This document shows positions 10,553-23,747 of a stretch of DNA of 64,000 nucleotides, piece by piece; position 1 is the stretch's first letter; the number at the start of each line of letters is the position of its first letter. Made by a program: the position numbers and the translations under genes. A model generated the notes under the pieces. That model was given only the letters and a program-made list of their open reading frames with translations, ran no database searches and was not told the origin of the DNA. The stretch comes from an uncultured Bacilli bacterium (GTDB lineage Bacteria > Bacillota_I > Bacilli_A > RF39 > UBA660), in the NCBI GenBank assembly GCA_934096315.1, contig CAKOLT010000001.1:43412-107411 (forward strand), in the 5' to 3' direction.

Positions 10553-11089
10553 TTATTTTTTAGGTGTTAAAAGTAAGTAAATATTCTTACCTTCCATCTT
10601 TGGACCAGATTCTAAATCTGATACCTCAGAAAGAGCATCCCTAAATTTAAATAAAACATCTTTAGCCAATTCTGGATGAGCAATCTGACGACCCTTAAAC
10701 CTAATTGAAGCCTTAACTTTATCTCCTTTTTCTAAATACTTACGAGCATTTCTAACTCTAGTATCAAAATCATGAGTATCAATAGTAACAGAAAGTCTAA
10801 ATTCCTTAATTTCTACTGCTGTCTCTCTTTGCTTTTTCAAAGCTTCCTTAGTCTTTTTCTTCTTTTCGTAGCGGTACTTATTATAATCCATAATTTTACA
10901 TACAGCAGGGTTTGCACTGCTATTCATTAAAACAAGATCAAAACCAGCATATCCCGCTAGTGTAAGAGCATCTTTTTTACTCTTAAGACCAAGTTGTTCT
11001 CCATTAGGTCCAATAACCATCATTTCTTTACATCTGATTTGTTCATTTATAGGGTTTTCCCTAGTATTTGCGATATGTAACACCTCCAT
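10553..11089 (-). CDS. infC: Translation initiation factor IF-3 (probable non-AUG start near 11074)
   Basis: IANTRENPINEQIRCKEMMVIGPNGEQLGL matches the IF3 N-terminus. The ORF-track ATG overlaps a GGAGGTG SD, so the true start is probably ATC/ATA ~7 nt downstream. Confidence 0.85.
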   Translation of the reverse strand: MEVLHIANTRENPINEQIRCKEMMVIGPNGEQLGLKSKKDALTLAGYAGFDLVLMNSSANPAVCKIMDYNKYRYEKKKKTKEALKKQRETAVEIKEFRLSVTIDTHDFDTRVRNARKYLEKGDKVKASIRFKGRQIAHPELAKDVLFKFRDALSEVSDLESGPKMEGKNIYLLLTPKK

Positions 11090-11330
11090 ACATATAAAAA
11101 TGAATACAAGAAAGTCTCATATTCACCTAATCTACCTATATAAAATTACAATAAAATAATATTTATAATTGGCATTTAACCCATTACTATGGTAATCAGG
11201 TGAGATAATATCTTCTTTCCGTTTCTTCGCATAGTATTATATAATAAAATATATGCGTTTGTCAAGAGATTTTACCAAAAATATTTTAAAATAGACACGT
11301 TTTTATACGTGCCTTTTACAAAGTTTAACA
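11090..11330 (-). promoter_or_regulatory. infC-rpmI-rplT promoter and structured leader (candidate L20-leader type autoregulatory element)
   Basis: Minus-strand TTGACA-18-TATAAT promoter near 11255-11285. ~170-nt leader ends in the hairpin TGAATAtgagactttcttgTATTCA plus T-run just before the infC SD. Confidence 0.4.
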
Positions 11331-11519
11331 TATACTATACTAGGTGATATATATATGTTTAATAGGTTTACAAATTTCTTTAAACTATGTGTTGGGTTAA
11401 AATTATTATGTTTATGTGGAGTTGTAGCCCTTATAATTATTACATTTTATCAATTATTAATAACACTATTTGTCCCTTGCTTCATTAATGTATTAATACT
11501 ATTAGCAGAATACTTAATA

Positions 11520-12422
11520 TTAATATGGCTCCTTCTCTTTACCATATTTGGTTGCTAAATCCATAGTTTTATATAAATAATCCATATATTCTCTAACTTT
11601 AATACACTGTTTAAACAAAGAAGAAGACATAGGGATAGGTTTAGGAAGAAGTAATAAAGTAAACATAAGCATTCTCTCTTCCGGAAGAAGAGGATACTTA
11701 CTTTCATATATATTAAATATTTCTTCAAAATTAAAATCTAAATAATGATTATTATATAAATTAATTAAATCATAAATAGGAAAATCTATTTTACTACGAT
11801 CCCAACTTATAAAATAAGGTTTATCACTTTTAATAAAATGATCCAAAGATAAATTATTATGAATATTTACATATCTAACCTTATTCTTTACACTTGCCAT
11901 ATTATACCAAGATTCAATATTCTTTTTACAGTAGTCTAAACATCTATATACCATACTAATATTTCTTGCAATTAAGTAAGACGAAGGTGACATATAAACT
12001 TCTTTATTTATATTAATAAGTAATTCATCAAAATAAATATAACTTTTTTTTATACTATCTTTAACACTTTCATAAATATATTTATAATCATCTTTACATG
12101 TCTCCTTATAAAAAGTAGTCTTACTATGTAAAAGCCCCAGCAAATAAATTAAATCACTAATTTTCTGTTCTCTCGGAGCCATAGTATCCTCAAGATAATC
12201 ATAAATATCATATACATCATCTTCGTACTTATTAGGAAAATAATCAAAAGCCCTACTCTTTAAATACTTATATACATTATCTATATTATTATTCTTTTTC
12301 TCTTTAAAAACAAACTTACCTTTATCAGTATCTACAATCCTAACATTACTTTTTAAAGTAATCTTATTAAAAGAAAGATTCTTTTTTTTTAGAGTCTCTC
12401 TTAAATTATTCATTTCTGACAT
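11520..12422 (-). CDS. ysxE: CotS/YsxE-family spore coat protein (kinase-like fold)
   Basis: APH-like motifs (HNNLSLDHFI ... WDRSKIDFPIYDL). Lies directly downstream of the spoVID-like gene, as in the B. subtilis spoVID-ysxE operon. Confidence 0.6.
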   Translation of the reverse strand: MSEMNNLRETLKKKNLSFNKITLKSNVRIVDTDKGKFVFKEKKNNNIDNVYKYLKSRAFDYFPNKYEDDVYDIYDYLEDTMAPREQKISDLIYLLGLLHSKTTFYKETCKDDYKYIYESVKDSIKKSYIYFDELLININKEVYMSPSSYLIARNISMVYRCLDYCKKNIESWYNMASVKNKVRYVNIHNNLSLDHFIKSDKPYFISWDRSKIDFPIYDLINLYNNHYLDFNFEEIFNIYESKYPLLPEERMLMFTLLLLPKPIPMSSSLFKQCIKVREYMDYLYKTMDLATKYGKEKEPY

Positions 12423-13167
12423 AAGGAATAATTATTTTATCTCCATATTTAATATCTTCAAGATTATTATAAGATTCTAAATCCTCCTTAGAAACACCAT
12501 ACTTACTTAAAATACTATCAATTGTATCCTCCTCTTTAATAACATATACTCTGTAAGCACTATAGGTTTCATTATTGCTAACATTACTAAATAAATTAAA
12601 ATTATTATTGTTATTAATATCATTATTTACAACTGAACTATCATTATTATTCATATTTACATTATTATTAACATTTATATTATCATTATTATTCATATTA
12701 ACATCATTAATATCTATATCCATCATATCATCATCCCTCTTTTCTAAAACCTCCTCAAAATCAGGTTCCTTAAAGCTAATATCATTAGAAATCTCTGGCT
12801 CAGCCTCCTTTTTAGAATCTCTCACCTCTTCTTTAATATCAGAAGCAATCTCTTCTCCCTCAATTAAAAGATCAATATTAACCTTTAACCCATTTTTAAT
12901 AACTTCATAATAAAAATCATCAATATCTATTACCATATTATCTAAATTAATTTTAGTACCTATTGCTATATCAAAAGGAAGAGTAAAATCAAACTTTTCT
13001 CTATTAATACTACTTTCTGCAATCTTATAATCCCCACTAATTATAAATTCTCCACTTATAATTTCTTTTGACTTACTTGTAATTCTATGTTCTAAAGATA
13101 TTGAAGTAACTTCTGCTAAAGGAGTCTTAAACTCCAAATCTTTTCTAAAAGGTATTATTTTCTTCAC
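12406..13167 (-). CDS. spoVID: SpoVID-like spore coat morphogenetic protein (N-terminal SPOCS-like domain, N-rich linker, C-terminal LysM)
   Basis: C-terminal LysM (YRVYVIKEEDTIDSILSKYGVSKEDLESYNNLEDIKYGDKIIIPY). N-terminal region resembles SpoVID. Synteny with ysxE. Confidence 0.55.
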   Translation of the reverse strand: MKKIIPFRKDLEFKTPLAEVTSISLEHRITSKSKEIISGEFIISGDYKIAESSINREKFDFTLPFDIAIGTKINLDNMVIDIDDFYYEVIKNGLKVNIDLLIEGEEIASDIKEEVRDSKKEAEPEISNDISFKEPDFEEVLEKRDDDMMDIDINDVNMNNNDNINVNNNVNMNNNDSSVVNNDINNNNNFNLFSNVSNNETYSAYRVYVIKEEDTIDSILSKYGVSKEDLESYNNLEDIKYGDKIIIPYVRNE

Positions 13168-13192
13168 TAGTAATCATCTCCTAATAAAGGAT

Positions 13193-13720
13193 ATGATAAT
13201 TGCTATTATTTATTCCCAAATCTTTTTATTAATCATACAATACCTAGGAGGCGGTATAATAATTAAGAAAATAAATGATAATTATTATAATGTAACTATT
13301 TTTAAAGAAATACTAAAAAATATAGACCTTAAAAGTGAAGAAGAATGCGAAAAGTTAGTTAGTAATATAATAAATCCCATCATAAAAGATATAAAAAAAG
13401 ATGGCATAATATTTATAGATACTTATATTGATGCAAATTATGGTGTTTTTATGAAAATAAGATTTAAAGAAGTTATAGGTAAAAAAGGATTAAGTATAAG
13501 ATTTAACTTTCATATAGATAATAATCTATTATATGAGACTACCAACTATTTTCTAAAAGATACATTACCAATAAATAGTTATAAAATATATTATTATAAA
13601 AATAAATTCTATATATTATTAAATAATATTATAGATAACACTATTTATTTAAATCTCCTGGAAAATACAAACATAATAGTAGATAAAAATGATATAATAA
13701 GTAAAGGCATAAAATTATAA
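13193..13720 (+). CDS. Hypothetical protein (175 aa)
   Basis: Unbroken plus-strand ORF followed by hairpin terminators. No family recognised. Confidence 0.35.
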   Translation: MIIAIIYSQIFLLIIQYLGGGIIIKKINDNYYNVTIFKEILKNIDLKSEEECEKLVSNIINPIIKDIKKDGIIFIDTYIDANYGVFMKIRFKEVIGKKGLSIRFNFHIDNNLLYETTNYFLKDTLPINSYKIYYYKNKFYILLNNIIDNTIYLNLLENTNIIVDKNDIISKGIKL

Positions 13721-13780
13721 AAATATACTTGACATTCACGCAAATATATAGTAACATATATATTGTCTTAAGACAAATTA

Positions 13781-13850
13781 CCCAGGGATCCAGATTTATC
13801 TGGATCCTTCCCCATATAAAAATATAACCCGAAAGGGTTATTTTTCTTTA
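13781..13850. terminator. Pair of hairpin terminators between convergent genes
   Basis: GGGATCCAGAtttaTCTGGATCC and AACCCgaaaGGGTT followed by a T-run. Confidence 0.55.
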
Positions 13851-14020
13851 TCTTGATATAAAATTAAAGAAGAGAAACAAAATATCTGTTCTTCTCTGTA
13901 TATACTATTACTAACAGAGAATCTAATTTCTATTATTTCAATATCCTCTTCTTTAATAAACTTATTAATTTCATCTTCTAAATCTTTTTCATGAGATTCA
14001 TCAAATACTTTAACTTTCAC
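13838..14020 (-). CDS. Cse60-like small sporulation protein (60 aa)
   Basis: MKVKVFDESHEKDLEDEINKFI ... CFSSLILY resembles the sigma-E-controlled Cse60 family. Confidence 0.4.
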   Translation of the reverse strand: MKVKVFDESHEKDLEDEINKFIKEEDIEIIEIRFSVSNSIYREEQIFCFSSLILYQDKEK

Positions 14021-14053
14021 TTATATCACCATAATAAGTATAGTAGATAAATG

Positions 14054-15278
14054 CTATTTATTTTGTCTAATATTATCATATATCCATAGTAATCTATTAT
14101 ATTTACATACTCTCTCTCCCCTGGTTATACTTCCTGTTTTAATATACCCAAGATCAAGACCCACTGCAAAATCTGCTATAAAAGTATCAGTAGTCTCTCC
14201 ACTTCTGTGAGATATAATAGTCTTATACCCACACTCTTTAGCTCTATTTATAGTATTAATAGCCTCAGTTACCGTACCAATCTGATTTAGTTTAATTAAA
14301 ATACTATTACACATACCCTCACTAATACCCTTATTTAATAAATCAATATTAGTAACAAATAAATCATCCCCAACTAAAGTAATTTTATCCCCAAGTTCCT
14401 TTGTAAGATTTTTAAACCCTTCAAAATCATCTTCTCCAAGAGCATCCTCAATTGATACAATTGGGTACCTCTCAATCAAATCCTTATAATAATCAATCAT
14501 TTCTAAACTAGTATGACCTACTCCATCAAAATAATATAAACCATCCCTATATAAACAACTAGCAGCCACATCTAAAGCTAAATTAACATCCTCTCCTAAA
14601 GTATAACCTGTTAAAGAAATACTTTCACAAATCAAATCCAAAGCTTCATAATTACTATTAATTAAGGGAGCAAACCCTCCTTCATCTCCTACACCGCAAG
14701 ATAAATTCCTCTTTTTAAGTAAATTCTTAAGAGAATAAAATATTTCACTAGCCATTTGCAAATTCTCTTTATAATCATCCCTATTAGGTACAATCATAAA
14801 CTCCTGAAAATCAAGATTATTATCAGCATGCATTCCTCCATTTAAAATATTCATCATACATTTAGGCATACTTATATTACCATTAAAATACTCATATAAC
14901 TCTTTATTATTATATTTGCAAGCAGCCTTTAAGACTGCTAAAGAAACTCCTAAAAGAGCATTAGCCCCAAGATTAGATTTATCCTCCGTACCATCTAGCT
15001 TAATTAATAAATTATCAATCTCCTCTTGATTTAAAGCATCCATTCCAATTAAATTATCCCTTAAAATAGTATTAACATTATGGCAAGCCTTAAGTACTCC
15101 CTTACCATTATATCTTGTTTTATCATTATCCCTAAGTTCTAAAGCCTCTCTTTTACCCGTAGAAGCTCCACTTGGAACAGACGCTTCTGCCTTAACTCCC
15201 CCAACTAACTCAATTTGCACACAAACAGTAGGATTCCCCCTAGAATCAAGAATCTCATATGCATATATATCTTTAATT

Positions 15279-15295
<17 letters not shown>
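14054..15295 (-). CDS. eno: Enolase
   Basis: N-terminus IKDIYAYEILDSRGNPTV and full-length enolase conservation. Confidence 0.9.
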
Positions 15296-18277
<2,982 letters not shown>

Positions 18278-18319
18278 TTATACCAGTAATAATTTTATTT
18301 GTAAAGAAAAAGAGCCAAT

Positions 18320-19219
18320 TTATTTATAATATTTGACTCTTCTTTTATACTCTATTTTATCCTTATTATTAGATAAAGTAATACTATCAATACTAACCGG
18401 ATATAGCCAGTTAAACCCTCTTAAAAGTCCGGTACTTTTAGGTAATTTAGTAATACCTCCGGAAATAATTAAATAATTATCATCAAGTTTAATTGTACCC
18501 CGAGCATTCTTTGGAAAAAGTTTTTTAGAGGGGGATATTAACCCTGTATTACCAGAAACAAAATCACATAAATATTTAGGAATTAACCCTTCATGAGTGT
18601 GACCTGATAACACTAGATCATAATCCTTAAGTAATTTTTGAATATCATTATTAAGTACACACAGTGTAGAATGTAAAAGCATAACTTTAGGATGCGTTGT
18701 TTCTATATTTTGAAAACTATCCGAAGATAGTCCCCGTTTCATAAAAATTGACCTCTCTTCTCTTCCAGAATAATAATAATCAAATGGTTGTGTATACCCT
18801 GCTATTAATATATTTTTATCTTCATAAAAAGCATTATGTAAAACATTTACGTTATCTATGTGATTAAGTTCACAAAAGAAATCCTGATTAAAGAAATGTT
18901 CCCATTTTTCACCATCATAATAAGCAATATCATGATTACCAAGTCCAATTATTACAGGACATATTGTGCCAAGAGACTCAATAAAATTAAATAAACTATC
19001 TGCATTTTTAAAACTACATGTTTCATTAGCACTATCAATAATATCTCCACATATACAAATATAATTAGGCTCTTCTTTAGATATTTTTTCAAATAAATTT
19101 AAAAGTAAATCCTCATTTATATCACAGGTATAATGTAAATCACTAATACTTATTATTTTAATATCATCATTAACCTTTTCGTTATAAATAGTATGTTCTA
19201 CTTTTCTAAAAGTTTCCAT
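18320..19219 (-). CDS. Calcineurin-like metallophosphoesterase
   Basis: ISDLH, GDIID, GNHD, GHTHE motifs. Confidence 0.65.
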   Translation of the reverse strand: METFRKVEHTIYNEKVNDDIKIISISDLHYTCDINEDLLLNLFEKISKEEPNYICICGDIIDSANETCSFKNADSLFNFIESLGTICPVIIGLGNHDIAYYDGEKWEHFFNQDFFCELNHIDNVNVLHNAFYEDKNILIAGYTQPFDYYYSGREERSIFMKRGLSSDSFQNIETTHPKVMLLHSTLCVLNNDIQKLLKDYDLVLSGHTHEGLIPKYLCDFVSGNTGLISPSKKLFPKNARGTIKLDDNYLIISGGITKLPKSTGLLRGFNWLYPVSIDSITLSNNKDKIEYKRRVKYYK

Positions 19220-19345
19220 AATTCCTCCAGTAAGAAAGATTATATCACTTTTTAGAGAAAAGTCAATAGAATTTTAAACAAATAACTTTCCATCCAAAAA
19301 AGACATAACTACATAGTCATGTCTTTTTTAAGTTTTATCTTATAA

Positions 19346-19633
19346 TTAAGCCTCCTTTAATTTTTTTATAAAGTTTTTAAGTTCTCTATCACTTGGAACA
19401 TTTCCACTAGATACTACAAAGCCATCAATAAGAAGTGTAGGTATTATTTTTATATTATATTTTTCTTTGTCTTTGCTATCTATTTTATCTATAAGAAGAG
19501 GATATTCAATTTGTTTTTGTAATTTATTAATATTTTTTATTATTTTAATACCATTACTAGTATCTGCACCAATCAATCTTACTTTGATTTTATTACTTAT
19601 ACTATCACCGCCTTTCTGTATTAATAATAACAC
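19346..19633 (-). CDS. Small thioredoxin-fold-like protein (no CxxC)
   Basis: IPTLLIDG-type segment resembling the Trx beta-strand. No redox cysteines. Confidence 0.25.
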   Translation of the reverse strand: MLLLIQKGGDSISNKIKVRLIGADTSNGIKIIKNINKLQKQIEYPLLIDKIDSKDKEKYNIKIIPTLLIDGFVVSSGNVPSDRELKNFIKKLKEA

Positions 19634-19720
19634 TTAATTATGATAGAAATGTGTAGAAAAAGTGAAAGTAAATAAAAAATTAATAAAAAAAAATTAAAAG
19701 CTAATTATTGCTTTCAATTT

Positions 19721-21010
19721 TTATCTTTGTTTAGGTTTAATCACTTCCATACCACCCATATAAGGTTGTAAGACTTTTGGAATTTTAACACTTCCATCTT
19801 TTTGATAATTTTGTTCTAGTATTGCGATTAGTGATCTAGGACTTGCTATTACAGTATTATTTAAAGTAGCAACATATTTATTACCATTATCTGTCTTCAT
19901 CCTTATAGATAATCTTCTTGCCTGAGCATCCCCTAGAGTAGAACAAGAACCAACTTCAAAATATTTCTTTTGTCTAGGACTCCATGCTTCAACATCACAA
20001 GATTTAACCTTTAAATCTGCTAAATCACCACTACAGCATTCTAAAGTTCTAACAGAGATATCCATACTTCTAAAAAATTCTACAGTATAACTAAGCATTT
20101 TATTATACCACTCCATTGCCTCTTCTGGTTTACAAAGAACAACCATTTCTTGTTTTTCGAATTGATGTACTCTATAAAGACCCCTTTCTTCTATCCCGTG
20201 AGCTCCAACTTCTTTCCTAAAACATGGAGAATAAGAAGTCATTCTAATAGGAAGTTCCTTTTCATCTATAAGTTGTCCTTTAAACTTACCAATCATAGAG
20301 TGTTCTGACGTACCAATTAAATATAAATCTTCATTTTCTATTTTATACATCATAGCTTCCATTTCTGAAAAAGACATAACACCATTTACAACATCACTAT
20401 GAATCATAAATGGAGGTATACAATAAGTAAACTCTTTATTTATCATAAAATCTCTAGCATAAGAAATAGTAGCCTCATGTAGTCTTGCAATATCCCCCAT
20501 TAAATAATAAAAACCATTCCCACTAGTTTTACCAGCACTATCTTTATCAAGACCATTAAATGAATCACATATATCTGCATGATACGGTATTTCAAAATCT
20601 GGAACAAAAGCCTCTCCAAATCTCTCAATCTCCACATTCTCACTATCATCTTTTCCTATTGGTACAGAACAATCAATAATATTAGGTATTTTCATCATCA
20701 TTTCCCTAACATCCATAGATAATTTATTTTCTTCTTCTTCCAAACTTATTAACTGACTATTAATTTCCTTAACTTCCTCTTTTAACTTTAATGCCTCATC
20801 CTTTTTACCCTCTCTCATAAGTAAACCTATTTTATCAGAATTTTTATTTCTAATACTTCTTTTATTATCAGCATTAGTTTTAATATCTCTTAATTTTTTA
20901 TCATCAGAAATTATCTTATCAACAAGAGGTATCTTTTCCTCCTGAAATTTCTTTTTTAAATTATTTATAACTTTCTCTTTATCATTTCTTATTATATTAA
21001 TATCTATCAT
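19721..21010 (-). CDS. serS: Serine--tRNA ligase
   Basis: N-terminal coiled-coil arm with class II core motifs (FRKE, GSCS..GD.QARR). Confidence 0.9.
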   Translation of the reverse strand: MIDINIIRNDKEKVINNLKKKFQEEKIPLVDKIISDDKKLRDIKTNADNKRSIRNKNSDKIGLLMREGKKDEALKLKEEVKEINSQLISLEEEENKLSMDVREMMMKIPNIIDCSVPIGKDDSENVEIERFGEAFVPDFEIPYHADICDSFNGLDKDSAGKTSGNGFYYLMGDIARLHEATISYARDFMINKEFTYCIPPFMIHSDVVNGVMSFSEMEAMMYKIENEDLYLIGTSEHSMIGKFKGQLIDEKELPIRMTSYSPCFRKEVGAHGIEERGLYRVHQFEKQEMVVLCKPEEAMEWYNKMLSYTVEFFRSMDISVRTLECCSGDLADLKVKSCDVEAWSPRQKKYFEVGSCSTLGDAQARRLSIRMKTDNGNKYVATLNNTVIASPRSLIAILEQNYQKDGSVKIPKVLQPYMGGMEVIKPKQR

Positions 21011-21012
21011 AA

Positions 21013-21558
21013 TTACTTCCCTCCATTTTGAATATTAACTTTATCCATAAATTTTTTATCATATATTCTTATACATTTTATTTGAAAAACAGTGGTTACA
21101 CATACTAAAGGAATCAATATATAATATAACCATTTAACATAAGGAGCATAGACTCCTAAAATTAAAGTTGGAAATAACAACACAGTTTTAATTTTACCAA
21201 TCTTCTCTGTACATGGATTAAATCCAAGCTTATCTGATAAAAGATTAGTAGTCCCTATTCTCTCTTCAAGTAAAAGGGGAATAAGCATAACCATATTGCC
21301 CCCAAAAATCGAGGATACAATCAAGGATAAGGCAAAAAGTTTATCACTAAATCCATCTAATTTTTTCCCAAGTTCGCTATAAGCATTAAGTCGTCTTGCT
21401 AAAAAACCATCAACAGCATCACTAATTGCCCCCAGTAAAAAGAATATTAAAGATAAAATAATTTTATCAAATAATAAACATAGTGGTGCAACTAATGCCA
21501 TAATAATCCTAAATGTTGTAATCATATTAGGAATATTTTTTACAATCTTCTCTTTCAT
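21013..21558 (-). CDS. pgsA: CDP-alcohol phosphatidyltransferase (PgsA-like)
   Basis: DAVDGFLARR...G...D motif, multi-TM, ~180 aa. Confidence 0.7.
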   Translation of the reverse strand: MKEKIVKNIPNMITTFRIIMALVAPLCLLFDKIILSLIFFLLGAISDAVDGFLARRLNAYSELGKKLDGFSDKLFALSLIVSSIFGGNMVMLIPLLLEERIGTTNLLSDKLGFNPCTEKIGKIKTVLLFPTLILGVYAPYVKWLYYILIPLVCVTTVFQIKCIRIYDKKFMDKVNIQNGGK

Positions 21559-21578
21559 CGTATCCTCCTCTTAAATAA

Positions 21579-22250
21579 TTAAAACTTTCCAAAATCAAAA
21601 AAATTTCTAACTGTATTCCAAGAGAAAAAATCTTTTATTTCTTCTTTTAATTGCTCCATAAACTTTCTTCTGTTAAATCTTTCCGGAGGTTTATAACAAT
21701 ATATATCTTCAACTACAGCCCAATATTTAGCCTTTATATCATCATCTACAAGCTCATATATAATACCCCTTGTAGCCATAGTTAAATAAAAAATATCTCT
21801 TCCCTCACAGTTAACTGCCCTCATATAATTCATAAGCCAGTCATAATCATTAATTTCAATCATTGTATCCGTAAGTCTATTCACGTCACAGCGGGAAACA
21901 TCCCTAGCAAACATTAATATAAATTCCGGATTCTTACTCCCTACAATAAAGTTCTCTAAAGCTTTAATATGAATTTTCTTTAAACGCTTAACATTCCTAG
22001 CAAAATAATATATATAAAGTAAATCACCTGTCTTAATAATAGCATTCATTAATTTAACTTTATCAGATTCTAATATGTCATTAGCAAACAAATATATATA
22101 TTTTGCATCATTCAATCTAATTATCTCTCTTTGAAGTTTTAAAATAGTACTATTACTCTTAGATTCCCTTGCTTTAAGGTATACAAGCTTTGGATTATTA
22201 GATTCCAGTACATTTTTTAAAGTAAATTTATTATTTTCTCTATTATCCAT
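21579..22250 (-). CDS. Hypothetical protein with three internal ~35-aa repeats (YIYLFANDI / YIYYFARNV / FILMFARDV)
   Basis: Intact ORF. The repeat periodicity is visible in the translation. Confidence 0.35.
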   Translation of the reverse strand: MDNRENNKFTLKNVLESNNPKLVYLKARESKSNSTILKLQREIIRLNDAKYIYLFANDILESDKVKLMNAIIKTGDLLYIYYFARNVKRLKKIHIKALENFIVGSKNPEFILMFARDVSRCDVNRLTDTMIEINDYDWLMNYMRAVNCEGRDIFYLTMATRGIIYELVDDDIKAKYWAVVEDIYCYKPPERFNRRKFMEQLKEEIKDFFSWNTVRNFFDFGKF

Positions 22251-22431
22251 AATAACACCTACCTAAAACACATTAATTTACTAAATATAATACCATATTT
22301 TTACATATAATACAAGTGCAAAACCAAAAAAGCATGATTTTAGGACAAAAAAGTTATATATATGATTGTAATTTATTATCTATATAATAATATGCAATAA
22401 ACTTTATAAGTTTCTCAAAAAAGAAATAAAA

Positions 22432-22662
22432 TTATTTAACTTTATTTCCACTAACTAAAATAATGTCGTCTCCAATTTTTACTATTTGACTCCATAATAC
22501 CTCATATTCTTCCTTAAGAGAAAACTTTCTTCTTCCCCGATCATTTAACATTAAACTCTTAATAGACCCATCTTCAAGAACAAAGACATCAATAATACTA
22601 CCTATTTTCTTACCTGATTCCAAATCAATAATTTCTTTATTTTGAAGTTCTGATAAAAACAT
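22432..22662 (-). CDS. ylmC: YlmC/YmxH-family sporulation protein (PRC-barrel-like)
   Basis: 76 aa with the LESGKKIGSI..DG.I consensus. Directly downstream of sigG as in Bacillus. Confidence 0.7.
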   Translation of the reverse strand: MFLSELQNKEIIDLESGKKIGSIIDVFVLEDGSIKSLMLNDRGRRKFSLKEEYEVLWSQIVKIGDDIILVSGNKVK

Positions 22663-22682
22663 GTTATCACCATTACAGTATA

Positions 22683-23471
22683 CTATTTTATCCTTTTTTT
22701 TAGACTATTTATTGCATTTTTTTCAATTCTGGATATTTGTGCCTGACTAATTCCAAGTTCTGCAGCAATCTCCATTTGAGTTTTACCAATTACAAACCTT
22801 TCATTTAAAATACGCATTTCTCTATCTTTAAGAGTATCTAATGCTTTATCTAAAGCAAGATGATAATCTAAATCATATTCTTTATCCTCACTCTTTAACT
22901 GATCATATAGATAAATAGTATCCCCACCATCATTATAAATAGGTTCATACATACTAACAGGTTCCCTTAAAGCTTCAAGAGCATTAACAACCTCACTTTC
23001 ACTTATTCCAAGAATATCTGCAACTGTCTTATTAGAAGGCTCCTTACCACTTGTTAAAAGTATTTCATTTTTAATTTTAAGGGATTTATAAGCAATATCC
23101 TTAACACTACGGGATATCCTTAAACTACAATTATCCCTTAAATACCTTTTAATCTCCCCACATATCATAGGAATAGCATAAGTAGATAATTTAACATCAT
23201 AGGAAGTATCAAAATTATCTATAGCCTTTACAAGACCCAAACAACCAACTTGAAATAAATCATCTAAATTATCAACCTTATTATAAAACTTCTTTAAACT
23301 ACTCAGTACTAGTTTTAAATTACCATTAATTAAATCCTCTCTGGCAAAAGGATCTCCATTTTTCATTTTCTGAAAAAGTTCTTTTGTCTCTTCACTAGAT
23401 AAAACTTTAATATTCGCTGTATTCACGTTACAAATTTCAACTTTGTGACGTGCCATAAATTCTCCTTTCAT
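22683..23471 (-). CDS. sigG: Sporulation sigma factor SigG (forespore late sigma)
   Basis: ARHKVEICNVNTANIKVLSSEE ... DLFQVGCLGLVKAIDNFD..YDVKLSTYAIPMICGEIKRYLRDN closely parallels B. subtilis SigG. Start probably MARHK. Confidence 0.8.
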   Translation of the reverse strand: MKGEFMARHKVEICNVNTANIKVLSSEETKELFQKMKNGDPFAREDLINGNLKLVLSSLKKFYNKVDNLDDLFQVGCLGLVKAIDNFDTSYDVKLSTYAIPMICGEIKRYLRDNCSLRISRSVKDIAYKSLKIKNEILLTSGKEPSNKTVADILGISESEVVNALEALREPVSMYEPIYNDGGDTIYLYDQLKSEDKEYDLDYHLALDKALDTLKDREMRILNERFVIGKTQMEIAAELGISQAQISRIEKNAINSLKKRIK

Positions 23472-23548
23472 ATTAGTTATGTTCTAGTTACTATTTTTTT
23501 ATACAACATAATGAAAAAAAGGGAGTATTAACTCTCCCCTACATCATT

Positions 23549-23698
23549 TCTTCTAAATTATCTATTACTTCGCTCTTTTTCTTATTCATTTTTCTGACCA
23601 TTTTTTGAAGGTTACCATTTTTAATATTTTGATACATTAATACGGACCCTGCACCAAGAGCAAGCATTGTAATACTGGTTTTAGCTTTCACTTTTATC
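23549..23698 (-). CDS. Candidate small membrane protein (~50 aa), absent from the ORF track
   Basis: Minus-strand GTG/ATG ORF VKAKTSITMLALGAGSVLMYQNIKNGNLQKMVRKMNKKKSEVIDNLEEMM after AAAGGGG. Lies between the recD2 terminator and the sigG promoter region. Confidence 0.2.
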
Positions 23699-23747
23699 AC
23701 CCCTTTAGAGTCTATGACAGGTACTTATGTACCATTTATAATATAAC

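Noticed and set aside
11355-11558. 67-aa plus-strand ORF (hydrophobic L/I/F-rich)
   Set aside because: Overlaps the 3' end of the ysxE-like gene. It is composition-driven with no RBS, and the region is better explained as the infC promoter/leader on the other strand.
13838-14020. Treating the 60-aa ORF as spurious
   Set aside because: Initially doubted because of size. Kept as a feature because the sequence pattern fits the Cse60 sporulation family and it has clean flanking terminators.
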